This document shows positions 7,494 to 17,107 of a DNA stretch of 27,504 nt, piece after piece. The notes under the pieces were generated by a model, which ran no database searches, had not been told where the DNA came from, and was given only the letters and a program-made list of their open reading frames with translations. Within the stretch, counting starts at the first letter, position 1. Each line of letters starts with the position of its first letter. A program made the position numbers and the translations under genes. This DNA comes from Sulfurimonadaceae bacterium (GTDB taxonomy: Bacteria; Campylobacterota; Campylobacteria; Campylobacterales; Sulfurimonadaceae), in assembly GCA_041548245.1 (NCBI GenBank), contig JBFESZ010000019.1, forward strand, positions 1-27,504, given 5' to 3'.

Positions 7494-8063
7494 CTAGAAC
7501 GGAATCTCATCTTCATCGATGTCGATTTCCGGAATATTAAGCTGAGGCATCTCTTGTCTTTGGTAACTTTGCTGCGATTGCTGCGGCTGATTACCATAAG
7601 TGTTCTGTTGAGAACCATAGGACGGCTGCTGTTGTGGCTGTCCATACGGTTGTTGAGATGGCTGAGCAGGAGCTTCGTAGCTGTTCTGCATAGGGGCTTC
7701 ATAACCGCCGCCGGTCTGCGCGCCATCAAATGCATTCTCAGATTTTGAATCCAACATCTGCATGGTCTCAACGATAACGGAATGTTTTGAACGTTTGCTG
7801 CCATCCTGGGCAACCCACTGATCAAATTTCAATCTACCTTCAACAAGGATCTTACTACCACGTCTAAGGTACTGGTTCGCAACTTCTGCAGAACGGCCGA
7901 AGAAAGTGATGTCAATAAAGCACACCTCCTCTTTACGTTCCCCATTCTGTGTAAACTTGCGACTAGTCGCGATAGCTGCGTTAGCAATAGCACTTCCGCT
8001 TTGCGTATAACGCAGTTCAATATCGCGAGTGAGGTTTCCTACCAGTACAACTTTATTAAACAT
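7494..8063 (-). CDS. ssb: Single-stranded DNA-binding protein
   Basis: MFNKVVLVGNLTRD start, Gln-rich linker, DEIPF tail; lies between rpsF and rpsR. Confidence 0.98.
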   Translation of the reverse strand: MFNKVVLVGNLTRDIELRYTQSGSAIANAAIATSRKFTQNGERKEEVCFIDITFFGRSAEVANQYLRRGSKILVEGRLKFDQWVAQDGSKRSKHSVIVETMQMLDSKSENAFDGAQTGGGYEAPMQNSYEAPAQPSQQPYGQPQQQPSYGSQQNTYGNQPQQSQQSYQRQEMPQLNIPEIDIDEDEIPF

Positions 8064-8078
8064 AGTTTTTCCTTAGAC

Positions 8079-8501
8079 TTACGCGTCTGCTTCTGTTTCT
8101 TCTGCTGGAGCTTCAGGAGCTGGAGTCTCTGCTTTTTCAGCTGGAGCTTCTGCTGCTGTTTTAGCTGCTTTTTCAGTTTTAGCTACAAGTTCATTCCACG
8201 CTTTAACTTCACGTTTGCTGTCATATTTAACAGTAACAAAACGAAGTACATCTTCATTGATGCGGTAAAGACGTTCGATCTCTCCAATTTCAGCTGGAGC
8301 AATTTTGAAATACATAATGTGGAAATAACCACGTGCATTTTTGTTGATTTCGTAAGCAAGTTTTTTCATACCTTTTGCGTCACGAGCAACGATTTCACCA
8401 CCACCTTTAGTGATGTTAGCTTCGATATTTGCGATAGCTGCTTCCATTTCTTCAGCAGTTAACGTCGGTTTTAGGATTACGAGGTTTTCGTAATGTCTCA
8501 T
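8079..8501 (-). CDS. rpsF: 30S ribosomal protein S6
   Basis: MRHYENLVILKP, KLAYEINK, INEDVLRF motifs; AAAAGGAG RBS. Confidence 0.98.
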   Translation of the reverse strand: MRHYENLVILKPTLTAEEMEAAIANIEANITKGGGEIVARDAKGMKKLAYEINKNARGYFHIMYFKIAPAEIGEIERLYRINEDVLRFVTVKYDSKREVKAWNELVAKTEKAAKTAAEAPAEKAETPAPEAPAEETEADA

Positions 8502-8634
8502 TGAGATCTCCTTTTGGATTTATAGCACCTTCTGGATTTAGACGGTTTCTTTGAAACCATCTATTATGCATCTCAAATTAGCGCCTATCGTAACGATATA
8601 CAGGCAACTATTGTGATACAAAGAGCAAGGAACG
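8502..8634 (-). promoter_or_regulatory. S6:S18 ribosomal protein leader (cis-regulatory RNA)
   Basis: Minus strand reads UUCCUUGCU...GCUAUAAAUCCAAAAGGAG-AUG. The 5' UCCUU can pair with the SD, and the conserved CC precedes the SD, as in known S6:S18 leaders. A -10 TAAAAT lies at 8645-8640. Confidence 0.7.
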
Positions 8635-8678
8635 CGCGAATTTTATCTTAAATGCCCTTAAAGGTGTATTATAAATTT

Positions 8679-9656
8679 TCACAATATACTTTGTAGTTTC
8701 AAAAGTGCCGATAACAAGATGGCGTTATTATCTTTATTTCCCCCGCTTTTAAGTACAAGCTCGGTGGAAAGAAGATGATCCAGAAGTTTCTCATAGGTCC
8801 GCAGCTTGAATCGGATAGACAAAGCTGCTCTTTCCTTCTCGATAAAAGCAGGAAGTTTGTATCCCAGGACAGCGGAAGAATCAATGACACCATTGATTTT
8901 GATATAGGTATGGAAAAGGAAGAGTTGTGTGACAAAGTTACTAATTGCGGTGATGATCTGTATCTCGTTCTCTCCTGTTTCCAAAAGACGTTCGAGGTTC
9001 ATACGAAAATCTTTTTTGGCCAATATATCTAAAATGAGTTGGTCAAGTTTTACTTCGGCAAGGGGGAAAACATGTTCATCTATCTCTTTGGAATGGATAG
9101 GCATTTTCAAGATCGACAGTTTTTCAAGTTCATTGGATGCCAAAGAGAGGTCTGAGTTCTGTGAGAGCAGAAGGTGGGTGATAGCATCGTCGTTGATTTG
9201 AAGGCCGAGACGATTGGCCTCTTGCTTGAGCATATTTTTCGCTTCGTTGAAATAAGGGCTGAAAAATCGTATGCTTTCTGCACCGACTTTAGGAGAAAAA
9301 GCTTTATTGGAAGTCTTGTGATCACTTCCATAATAACAGTATATTAAGAAGTTGGTCGTACTTTTTCCCACATAAGCAATCAGTTCATCCAGCTCTTTTT
9401 TAGGCACTTTCTTTTCACTTTTTATCAGAAGGATGTTATTCCCGCCAAAAAGTGAACCTTGAGAGATATGCGCTTTTGCGTCGGCAAAGTTATAGTCCTG
9501 ATAGTATAGGGAAAAGATATCATCACCTTCTCCCCAAAGATCACAAAGCCTTTTGGCATGGTAGTCGATCATAAATTCAGATTCACCAAACAACATCATG
9601 GCTCTAGGGATTTTTCCCTGTTGTAATAAGCGTTCGAAGTCTTGCTTCTTAATCAT
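8679..9656 (-). CDS. holA: DNA polymerase III subunit delta
   Basis: LFGE, SLFGG, ELEKL and LGYKLP motifs; translationally coupled downstream of rnr. Confidence 0.85.
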   Translation of the reverse strand: MIKKQDFERLLQQGKIPRAMMLFGESEFMIDYHAKRLCDLWGEGDDIFSLYYQDYNFADAKAHISQGSLFGGNNILLIKSEKKVPKKELDELIAYVGKSTTNFLIYCYYGSDHKTSNKAFSPKVGAESIRFFSPYFNEAKNMLKQEANRLGLQINDDAITHLLLSQNSDLSLASNELEKLSILKMPIHSKEIDEHVFPLAEVKLDQLILDILAKKDFRMNLERLLETGENEIQIITAISNFVTQLFLFHTYIKINGVIDSSAVLGYKLPAFIEKERAALSIRFKLRTYEKLLDHLLSTELVLKSGGNKDNNAILLSALLKLQSIL

Positions 9657-11613
9657 CTAGATTATCATCCAAACTTTCGATATGTCTGATAAAGCGCCCG
9701 TATACCTTGGTTGTGGCTATATTGGCTTCAATCAGCTCTATCTCTATATTTCCAAAGAGTTTCAGCCCTTCATCCCCTTTTAGAAAGATACGCGCACCGA
9801 TGATCTCATCGAATAGAATGGCGACAGGATAGGGCTCAAGGGAAATGATTCGGGCTTTGACATGTTTACCTATTCTTTCGTTTGCCCAACGTGCATATTT
9901 ACGATTTTCAAGATCCTTTGCTGTATAGTCGGCTTCTCTTTCTAGAATGCTGATCTGTTCACATAAAGCATCGATGTTGCGCATGAGGTAGCCCGCCTGG
10001 TCTGGGTCGTTGGCTAAAATGGCTTTCAAAAGACGATGGACCATCAGGTCTGAATATCGTCGGATAGGCGAGGTAAAGTGCGTATATGTCTTAAACCCAA
10101 GTCCGAAGTGCCCAAGATTATCGGGGGCATAACGTGCTTGCATCTGAGACTGAATGATGAGAGTATCGACCTCTTCAGCCAGTCCAAGCTGATCAGCTTT
10201 GTGCTGTATGTCATCGATGATCTGTCGTAGAGAGCCCTTGATCTCAAAGTCAAGGCCTATACTGCTTAACTGGGTATAAAGCGCCTGAAGTTTCAGCGGA
10301 CTTGGTGGCTCATGGATACGAAATACACCGCGCTCAAACATGGAAGCTGCGGCTTTATTGGCTAAAAGCATACAGTCTTCAATGAGCGCGTGTGAAGGTG
10401 TCTCTGGCTCAGCATACACACTTTCTATCAGACCTTTCTCATCAAGGTGCATATCGAACTCTCTGGATCTAAAGTCATATCCACTTACCATCCGTTTGTC
10501 TCTGAGTTTTTCAGTCACCTGTTTAAGTTTTGGAAGGTAGGCCATAGTGACCTTGTCATCCTCATTCTTTGGAGTGAGTTCACCCTCAAAAAAGGCATCC
10601 ACTTCGGCATAGGTATAGCGTCGACGTGAATGAATGAGTGTCTCATAGAGTTCGGTATGGGCGACTTCAAGCGTCTGCGGGTCCAAAAAGATTTTGAAGG
10701 TAAAAGCCAGCCTGTCTTCATTGGGACGCAGCGAACATAGGTTCTCACTGAGCTCACGAGGCAGCATCGGCACAGACTTATGAGGAAAATAGACACTGAA
10801 ACCTCGATACATAGCCTCATTATCTATAGGACCAAAAGGTACGACATAGGAGGATACGTCAGCGATAGCGACATAAAGGGCAAACTCTTTTTCATCAAAA
10901 TAGATGGCATCATCAAAGTCTTTAGCCGTGACAGGGTCTATTGTACAAAAAGGCAGCGCTCTAAGATCATGCCTGCCAGGGTACTGGGAGGCATCGACAC
11001 TTTTTCCAAAGGCTTTGGCAAGCTCTGTGATACTTTCGTCAAACTCGTTGTGGCGGTTGAACATGGCAAGGGCAATCAACTCATCGACAAAAGGGTCATC
11101 AAGACTGCCGAGAAATTTCTTGATACGCTCTTGCTGATAATCAATTTGAAAAAGGTCATTCTCCTTATAGTTTTTCAAAGCGTCCACTTCCAGTTTGATA
11201 ACCACAGGGGTATAGGTCTTCAAATCCATTAGGACTTTTTTCCCGTCGACATCTTTGATAACAGCAACACCATAGACTTCTGCTTTGCCAACGATATATG
11301 AGACGATAGCTGATGGTGTGCCCCTACGGCCGATGAGGCGCTGTGCAATCACAAGATCACCGTTTTGTGCACCGTAAAGGTCCTTTGCTTCGATAAAGAG
11401 ATCTTTCATTGAACTGCCGATGATCTGAAGGTAAGCTGATCCGGTCTGCGTCAGGTCAATAAGTCCTGCGCGGTATTTGGAGTTGAGTGTGTAGGTCAGG
11501 TCATTTTTGTTTAAGAACCCTTGGGCATCGAGTTCATGCAGGAGTTCCTTCTCTTCAGGTTTGAGGTCTGCTTCGATAACACCGTGTGTCAGTTTGATTA
11601 AAAAAATTTTCAC
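9649..11613 (-). CDS. rnr: Ribonuclease R (RNB domain)
   Basis: TIDPVTAKDFDDAI, YVAIADV, HFGLG and YTHFTSPIRRYSDL motifs; GTG start overlaps the upstream stop. Confidence 0.93.
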   Translation of the reverse strand: MKIFLIKLTHGVIEADLKPEEKELLHELDAQGFLNKNDLTYTLNSKYRAGLIDLTQTGSAYLQIIGSSMKDLFIEAKDLYGAQNGDLVIAQRLIGRRGTPSAIVSYIVGKAEVYGVAVIKDVDGKKVLMDLKTYTPVVIKLEVDALKNYKENDLFQIDYQQERIKKFLGSLDDPFVDELIALAMFNRHNEFDESITELAKAFGKSVDASQYPGRHDLRALPFCTIDPVTAKDFDDAIYFDEKEFALYVAIADVSSYVVPFGPIDNEAMYRGFSVYFPHKSVPMLPRELSENLCSLRPNEDRLAFTFKIFLDPQTLEVAHTELYETLIHSRRRYTYAEVDAFFEGELTPKNEDDKVTMAYLPKLKQVTEKLRDKRMVSGYDFRSREFDMHLDEKGLIESVYAEPETPSHALIEDCMLLANKAAASMFERGVFRIHEPPSPLKLQALYTQLSSIGLDFEIKGSLRQIIDDIQHKADQLGLAEEVDTLIIQSQMQARYAPDNLGHFGLGFKTYTHFTSPIRRYSDLMVHRLLKAILANDPDQAGYLMRNIDALCEQISILEREADYTAKDLENRKYARWANERIGKHVKARIISLEPYPVAILFDEIIGARIFLKGDEGLKLFGNIEIELIEANIATTKVYGRFIRHIESLDDNLDD

Positions 11614-12416
11614 GCAGACATTTTTTCCACAGCAGTTTCAAAGCTTTGCAGGTCAAGCCCATATCTCTCGATCAACTCTTTGGCTTTGGAAAGATTTTTA
11701 TCGCTGATGACGCCGTCGATACCTGTCGCTATACGGATGACATGCAAGACTTTGGCAGCCTCTTGCAAGGAGGCCTTTTCACAAGTTTCAGGAGAACCTC
11801 CATGCCGTATAAGGTTGACCAGGTCTTCATCAAACTTCCAGTGGTCAAATATATTGGCGGAAACTTCGGCTGTAGTCGTTTCACAAAACTCTTGTTCGAT
11901 CTCACGAATAGAGTCACACGCTTGTATCTTTGTTTTAAACGCATCTGTTTTTTCCTCTTCGAGGATAAATTGAGCAATCATGACTTTTCCTATCTCGATA
12001 AGAAAGGAGGCGGGAGAGAGCAGGTCCAGAAGTTTTGCATTTTTACGAAGGTACCAGTTGACTGCCAAGGCATTTTGTGCCTGTGAAAGGTCTGAGAACT
12101 GTGCATTTGTAATGCCGTAAGGCGATAGATCCAAGTTGAAGCTTCTTTTGACGATCATCGCCAGGGCGAAACCGCGGATAGTCCCCATCCCAAAAAGTCC
12201 GACAGCTTGTGTCACTGAGTTGATTTCACGGGTAAATCCGTATAGGGGGGAGTTCGCAGCTTTTAAAATATCCGCTGTCAAAAGAGGATCAACCTCCAAT
12301 ACCTTGACCATATCATCAAATGTGGAATGCGGATCATGGTAGATCGCTTCAAGTTTGATGGCTGATTCCGGCAAGGCAGGAAGTTGTCGTATTTTCTCTT
12401 TTAAAACAGTATTCAT
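11610..12416 (-). CDS. HDOD domain-containing protein
   Basis: LPALP, DPLLTADILKAANSPLYG, IGK and W-x-F motifs. Confidence 0.9.
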   Translation of the reverse strand: MNTVLKEKIRQLPALPESAIKLEAIYHDPHSTFDDMVKVLEVDPLLTADILKAANSPLYGFTREINSVTQAVGLFGMGTIRGFALAMIVKRSFNLDLSPYGITNAQFSDLSQAQNALAVNWYLRKNAKLLDLLSPASFLIEIGKVMIAQFILEEEKTDAFKTKIQACDSIREIEQEFCETTTAEVSANIFDHWKFDEDLVNLIRHGGSPETCEKASLQEAAKVLHVIRIATGIDGVISDKNLSKAKELIERYGLDLQSFETAVEKMSA

Positions 12417-12588
12417 TAGATACCCTCAATTGTGTTAAATAATACTAATATTTTAGTTGAGTTCATATTAGACTTAACTGAAGTAGGGTCTCATCATCAT
12501 AAGAAATACCGTCAAATAAAAGTGATCTCTTTTTGATTTAACTGATTAAAAAAAGTGAAGAATACGTTTCAGCCCACTTTGAGAAGAG

Positions 12589-12600
12589 TTTAAGTATAAT
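12589..12600 (+). promoter_or_regulatory. sigma70 promoter of ilvC
   Basis: TTTAAG-TATAAT, ending 54 nt upstream of the ATG; AAAGGG RBS. Confidence 0.6.
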
Positions 12601-12615
12601 CCCGAAAATTTTTAA

Positions 12616-13677
<1,062 letters not shown>

Positions 13678-13685
13678 TTTTTCTC

Positions 13686-13727
13686 GACCTTTAGCACGCA
13701 TCTTCAGGATGATGTGCTCGGTCATTT
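13686..13727 (+). terminator. Possible terminator hairpin after ilvC
   Basis: Nested pairings GACC/GGTC, AGCAC/GTGCT and CATC/GATG, followed by T-rich sequence. Confidence 0.4.
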
Positions 13728-13816
13728 ACTACTTTTAAACCTCTTTTGAAATATATCCAAATCCACAAACAATAATCCAGAGACAAATTCATTTTATATT
13801 TTAAAAATGTACTTTT

Positions 13817-14110
13817 TTATTGCTCTTCGATGGAACAGCGCATAGGGTATCCCTCTTTTCTAGCATGATAGCGCACAGCATGGGCTTTGGTCTCGGCAAT
13901 CTCATAGCTATATATTCCGCATAAGCCTTTCCCCTTTGTGTGTATCTCTTTAGTGATATTATTTGCTTCTTTAAGACTCTTGTGAAAGACAGAAGTGATG
14001 ATACGAAGACAGAAATCCCATGTGGTGTAATCATCATTTAACATGTAGACAAGATACATTTTGGGTTGATCTGTCCTATTTAGGGTGTCTGTCTGAAGTT
14101 CAAGGGCCAA
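13817..14110 (-). CDS. clpS: Clp protease adaptor ClpS (orphan, variant pocket)
   Basis: LNDDYT, IHTKGKGLCGIY, EIAETK and YPM motifs; TTG start. Confidence 0.9.
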   Translation of the reverse strand: MALELQTDTLNRTDQPKMYLVYMLNDDYTTWDFCLRIITSVFHKSLKEANNITKEIHTKGKGLCGIYSYEIAETKAHAVRYHARKEGYPMRCSIEEQ

Positions 14111-14219
14111 AGGGATCTCTTTTTATTATCAAAGTTTAAACATATCATCGCAAAACTTTGGTTCAAAGGAATTAAAAGTAAAAATATAACTTAGATGTCA
14201 GGCAGATTGCCCTTTATTA

Positions 14220-14235
14220 TGGCACTCTAATTGCT
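14220..14235 (+). promoter_or_regulatory. Candidate sigma54 promoter upstream of minD
   Basis: TGGCAC-TCTAA-TTGCT is an exact match to TGGCAC-N5-TTGCW, ending about 40 nt before the ATG. A TATAAT also lies at 14243-14248. Confidence 0.6.
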
Positions 14236-14274
14236 TTGAGGATATAATAAACAAAAAGTTTTAAGGCATTATAT

Positions 14275-15075
14275 ATGGGTATAGTAATCACAGTGACATC
14301 AGGTAAGGGTGGGGTTGGAAAGTCAACTACACTGGCAAATCTAGCAGTTGGCATGGCTGACGAAGGGCAAAAAGTCGTTGCAATAGATTTCGATATTGGA
14401 TTGCGCAATCTTGATATGCTTTTAGGTCTTGAAAACCGTATCGTCTATAATGTGATAGATGTGATGGAAGGAAAGTGTAATCTTTCTCAGGCATTGATCA
14501 ACGACAAGCACAGTAAGAACCTCTATTTTTTACCAGCTTCACAGACAAATGATAAGAATATCCTTGATAAAGCCAAGGTAAAAGAACTTTTAGAGACATT
14601 GAAAAAAGAGTTTGACATTATTTTACTGGATTCTCCGGCAGGCATTGAAGGTGGATTTGAGCACGCGATCGCTTTTGCTGATCGTGCTTTGGTCGTTTCA
14701 ACACCAGATGTCTCATCAGTACGTGATGCAGACAGAGTCATCGGTATTATTGACGCGAAGAGCGAAAAGGCACAAAAAGGTGAAGAGGTCATTAAGCATG
14801 TCATCATCAACCGTATAAAGCCAGAGCTGGTTGAGCGAGGCGATATGCTAAACACTGAGGATGTTCTTAATATTTTAGCCCTTCCATTGATCGGAATCGT
14901 TCCGGATTGTGAGAGAGTCATATCGTCGACCAATATGGGTGAACCTATTATTCGTGATGATAAAGCACAATCTGGCGAAGCGTATCGTCGCATATCAAAA
15001 CGAATTTTAGGCGAAGAGGTTGACTATCTTGATCTGAGTGTTAAAAAAGGTTTCTTTAAAAGGATCTTCTCATGA
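14275..15075 (+). CDS. minD: Septum site-determining ATPase MinD
   Basis: [25 protein letters not shown] and DADR motifs; C-terminal amphipathic [10 protein letters not shown]. Confidence 0.97.
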   Translation: MGIVITVTSGKGGVGKSTTLANLAVGMADEGQKVVAIDFDIGLRNLDMLLGLENRIVYNVIDVMEGKCNLSQALINDKHSKNLYFLPASQTNDKNILDKAKVKELLETLKKEFDIILLDSPAGIEGGFEHAIAFADRALVVSTPDVSSVRDADRVIGIIDAKSEKAQKGEEVIKHVIINRIKPELVERGDMLNTEDVLNILALPLIGIVPDCERVISSTNMGEPIIRDDKAQSGEAYRRISKRILGEEVDYLDLSVKKGFFKRIFS

Positions 15076-15308
15076 GTCTGTTTTCCAATCTGTTTGGTAA
15101 AAAAGAGACATCCGCATCAGTCGCTCGAGACAGATTAAAGCTTGTATTGGCGCATGAGAGAGCTTCCAATGCACTTCCATATATGGATGAGATGAAGGCC
15201 GAGATCATGGAAGTCATTAAGAAGTACACACAGGTAAAAGATATTCAGATCTCTTCGAAAAACAATCAGAACATTGATGTACTAGAGATGGAAATCATCC
15301 TTAAATGA
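15072..15308 (+). CDS. minE: Cell division topological specificity factor MinE
   Basis: [17 protein letters not shown] and EVIKKY motifs; ATGA overlap with minD. Confidence 0.95.
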   Translation: MSLFSNLFGKKETSASVARDRLKLVLAHERASNALPYMDEMKAEIMEVIKKYTQVKDIQISSKNNQNIDVLEMEIILK

Positions 15309-16333
15309 GTAAGCCAAAGAGAAGACGTTCAAAGACAACCTGGGCTATTTATCTGCTAGTAGTGTCTTTGATTATCCTATTTGTAGGAATCATCTCTATC
15401 ACAGCCTATAAAAAAGGTTACAGTGATGCACTTGCATCTATTGAGTCAAAGAACAAGTATGAAAAAGAGAGGCAAAAAAGGCTTTTAGAAAAGATAACGA
15501 ATATTGCGGCACCGAAAAATGACTTGGTAGGGCGTTTACAAGATGTCTTGAGCAAAGAAAAGAGCAAGGCATCGGTTTATTCTAAAAGTGAAGTCGATAC
15601 TAAACATGAGTTTGATACAAACACTCTGGGATACCCGCCAAAAGGACCTAAGCGTGAGGTTAAGAAACCGGCGGTATACAGCAGTTTTCAGAAGCCAAAA
15701 CTGGCAATCATAATAGATGATGTCTCCTTCTCACACGATGTCCAATCCATTAAAGCATTGAACATGCCTTTGACTATGTCCTTTCTGCCGCCCAGCCCAG
15801 CACACCCTGACTCGGCAAAACTGGCTTCACGAGAAAAGTTTTATATGGTACATTTGCCCATGGAAGCGATGCATTTTACAGCGGAAGAGCCTATCACCTT
15901 GCGAGTAAGTGATACAAAAGAGATGATTAATAAACGGGTCCAGCAGGTCAAGGAGTTGTTTCCAAGAGCCTATTATGTCAATAATCATACGGGTAGCCGT
16001 TTTACTGCGGATGAACGTGCTGTGAAAGATCTTATACTGGCGTTGAAAAGAGAGGGAATGGGCTTTTTGGACAGTCGTACGACTGCTGAGACAAAGGTAC
16101 CAGAAGTGATGAAGTCTTTGGGTAGGCCTTATGTTGCCAGAGATGTCTTTTTGGACCATGAATCAGATGTGGGATATATTCAAGAACAGATCAAAAAGGC
16201 CATTGAAAAAGCGAAAGAGCACGGCTCAGCCATTGCAATTGGTCATCCGCGCAAAGAGACGCTTCAGGCTTTGAAGAACTCGAAAAGAGCTCTTGATAGT
16301 GTCGAATTGGTCTATATCAACAAGGTGATATAG
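15305..16333 (+). CDS. Membrane-anchored divergent polysaccharide deacetylase (YibQ-like)
   Basis: N-terminal TM helix; LAIIIDD, HLPME, NNHTGS, DSRT, RDVFLD and AIAIGHP motifs. Confidence 0.92.
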   Translation: MSKPKRRRSKTTWAIYLLVVSLIILFVGIISITAYKKGYSDALASIESKNKYEKERQKRLLEKITNIAAPKNDLVGRLQDVLSKEKSKASVYSKSEVDTKHEFDTNTLGYPPKGPKREVKKPAVYSSFQKPKLAIIIDDVSFSHDVQSIKALNMPLTMSFLPPSPAHPDSAKLASREKFYMVHLPMEAMHFTAEEPITLRVSDTKEMINKRVQQVKELFPRAYYVNNHTGSRFTADERAVKDLILALKREGMGFLDSRTTAETKVPEVMKSLGRPYVARDVFLDHESDVGYIQEQIKKAIEKAKEHGSAIAIGHPRKETLQALKNSKRALDSVELVYINKVI

Positions 16334-17104
16334 ATGCCAATATCGGAAGCCCTATCTGCTTTGCCTTCCGAGTTTACACCTCTTAACAAACCTCCTCAAA
16401 CTATCTTTTACCGTGGTAATTCAAGTCTGCTCGATCTTAGAAAAGTCTCTATTGTAGGATCAAGAAAAGCCTATGCCTATTCACGTTGCATCATTGATAC
16501 GCTTGCAAGAGAACTTGCAAAGCGAAACGTATGCGTTGTCAGTGGAGGAGCAATGGGTATTGATGCTATAGCACATAAGGGAGCGTATCCTAAAACAATT
16601 GCAGTCTTGGCGAATGGTTTGGATATTCTCTACCCGAAGGTTAATAAAAAGCTTCTGGAGGATATGGCAAGTAATGCTTTGTTATTGAGCGAATATGCTG
16701 AGGGCATAGAGGCGAAGCCTTATAGCTTTGTACATAGGAACCGTTTGGTCGTAGCCTTGGGGGAAGTTCTTATCGTCGCACAAGCTGATCTTAACAGCGG
16801 AAGCATGCGAAGCGTGGAGTTTGCTCTTGAAATGGGAAAAAAGATCTATGTCATACCGCACCGATTAGGAGAGAGTGAGGGGAGTATGAGGCTTATTCAG
16901 GAAGGAAAAGCCTCATTGATCACTGATATCAAAGCTTTTGCTGATATCTTTGGTCAAGTGCAGGAAAGTAATGATCCATTTTTGGATTTTTGCAGCCGAT
17001 CACCAAGTTATGAAGAAGCGCTCAGGTTTGATGCGCAAAAACTTTTTGAGTATGAACTAGAAGGCAAAGTGAGGGTAGTTCTTGGCAAAGTTACATTGGC
17101 TTAG
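16334..17104 (+). CDS. dprA: DNA-processing protein DprA (short form without an N-terminal SAM domain)
   Basis: IVGSR, VSGGAMGIDAIAH, LLSEY, RNR and SGS motifs. Confidence 0.93.
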   Translation: MPISEALSALPSEFTPLNKPPQTIFYRGNSSLLDLRKVSIVGSRKAYAYSRCIIDTLARELAKRNVCVVSGGAMGIDAIAHKGAYPKTIAVLANGLDILYPKVNKKLLEDMASNALLLSEYAEGIEAKPYSFVHRNRLVVALGEVLIVAQADLNSGSMRSVEFALEMGKKIYVIPHRLGESEGSMRLIQEGKASLITDIKAFADIFGQVQESNDPFLDFCSRSPSYEEALRFDAQKLFEYELEGKVRVVLGKVTLA

Positions 17105-17107
17105 CTA

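Noticed and set aside
7095-7825. Alternative-frame and antisense ORFs over ssb and rpsR
   Set aside because: They overlap well-established genes and have no RBS or recognisable motifs. The same applies to the other nested ORFs in the track.
8090-8170. Short direct repeats (CTGGAGCTTC) at the 3' end of rpsF
   Set aside because: Explained by the low-complexity Ala/Glu/Pro tail of S6; not a CRISPR array or mobile repeat.
12530-12555. TTGAT...ATTAA dyad upstream of ilvC as an FNR/Crp box
   Set aside because: The spacer is 7 rather than 4 nt, and the context is very AT-rich.
14275-15308. minDE without minC
   Set aside because: minC is unlinked in H. pylori, so its absence from this window is uninformative.
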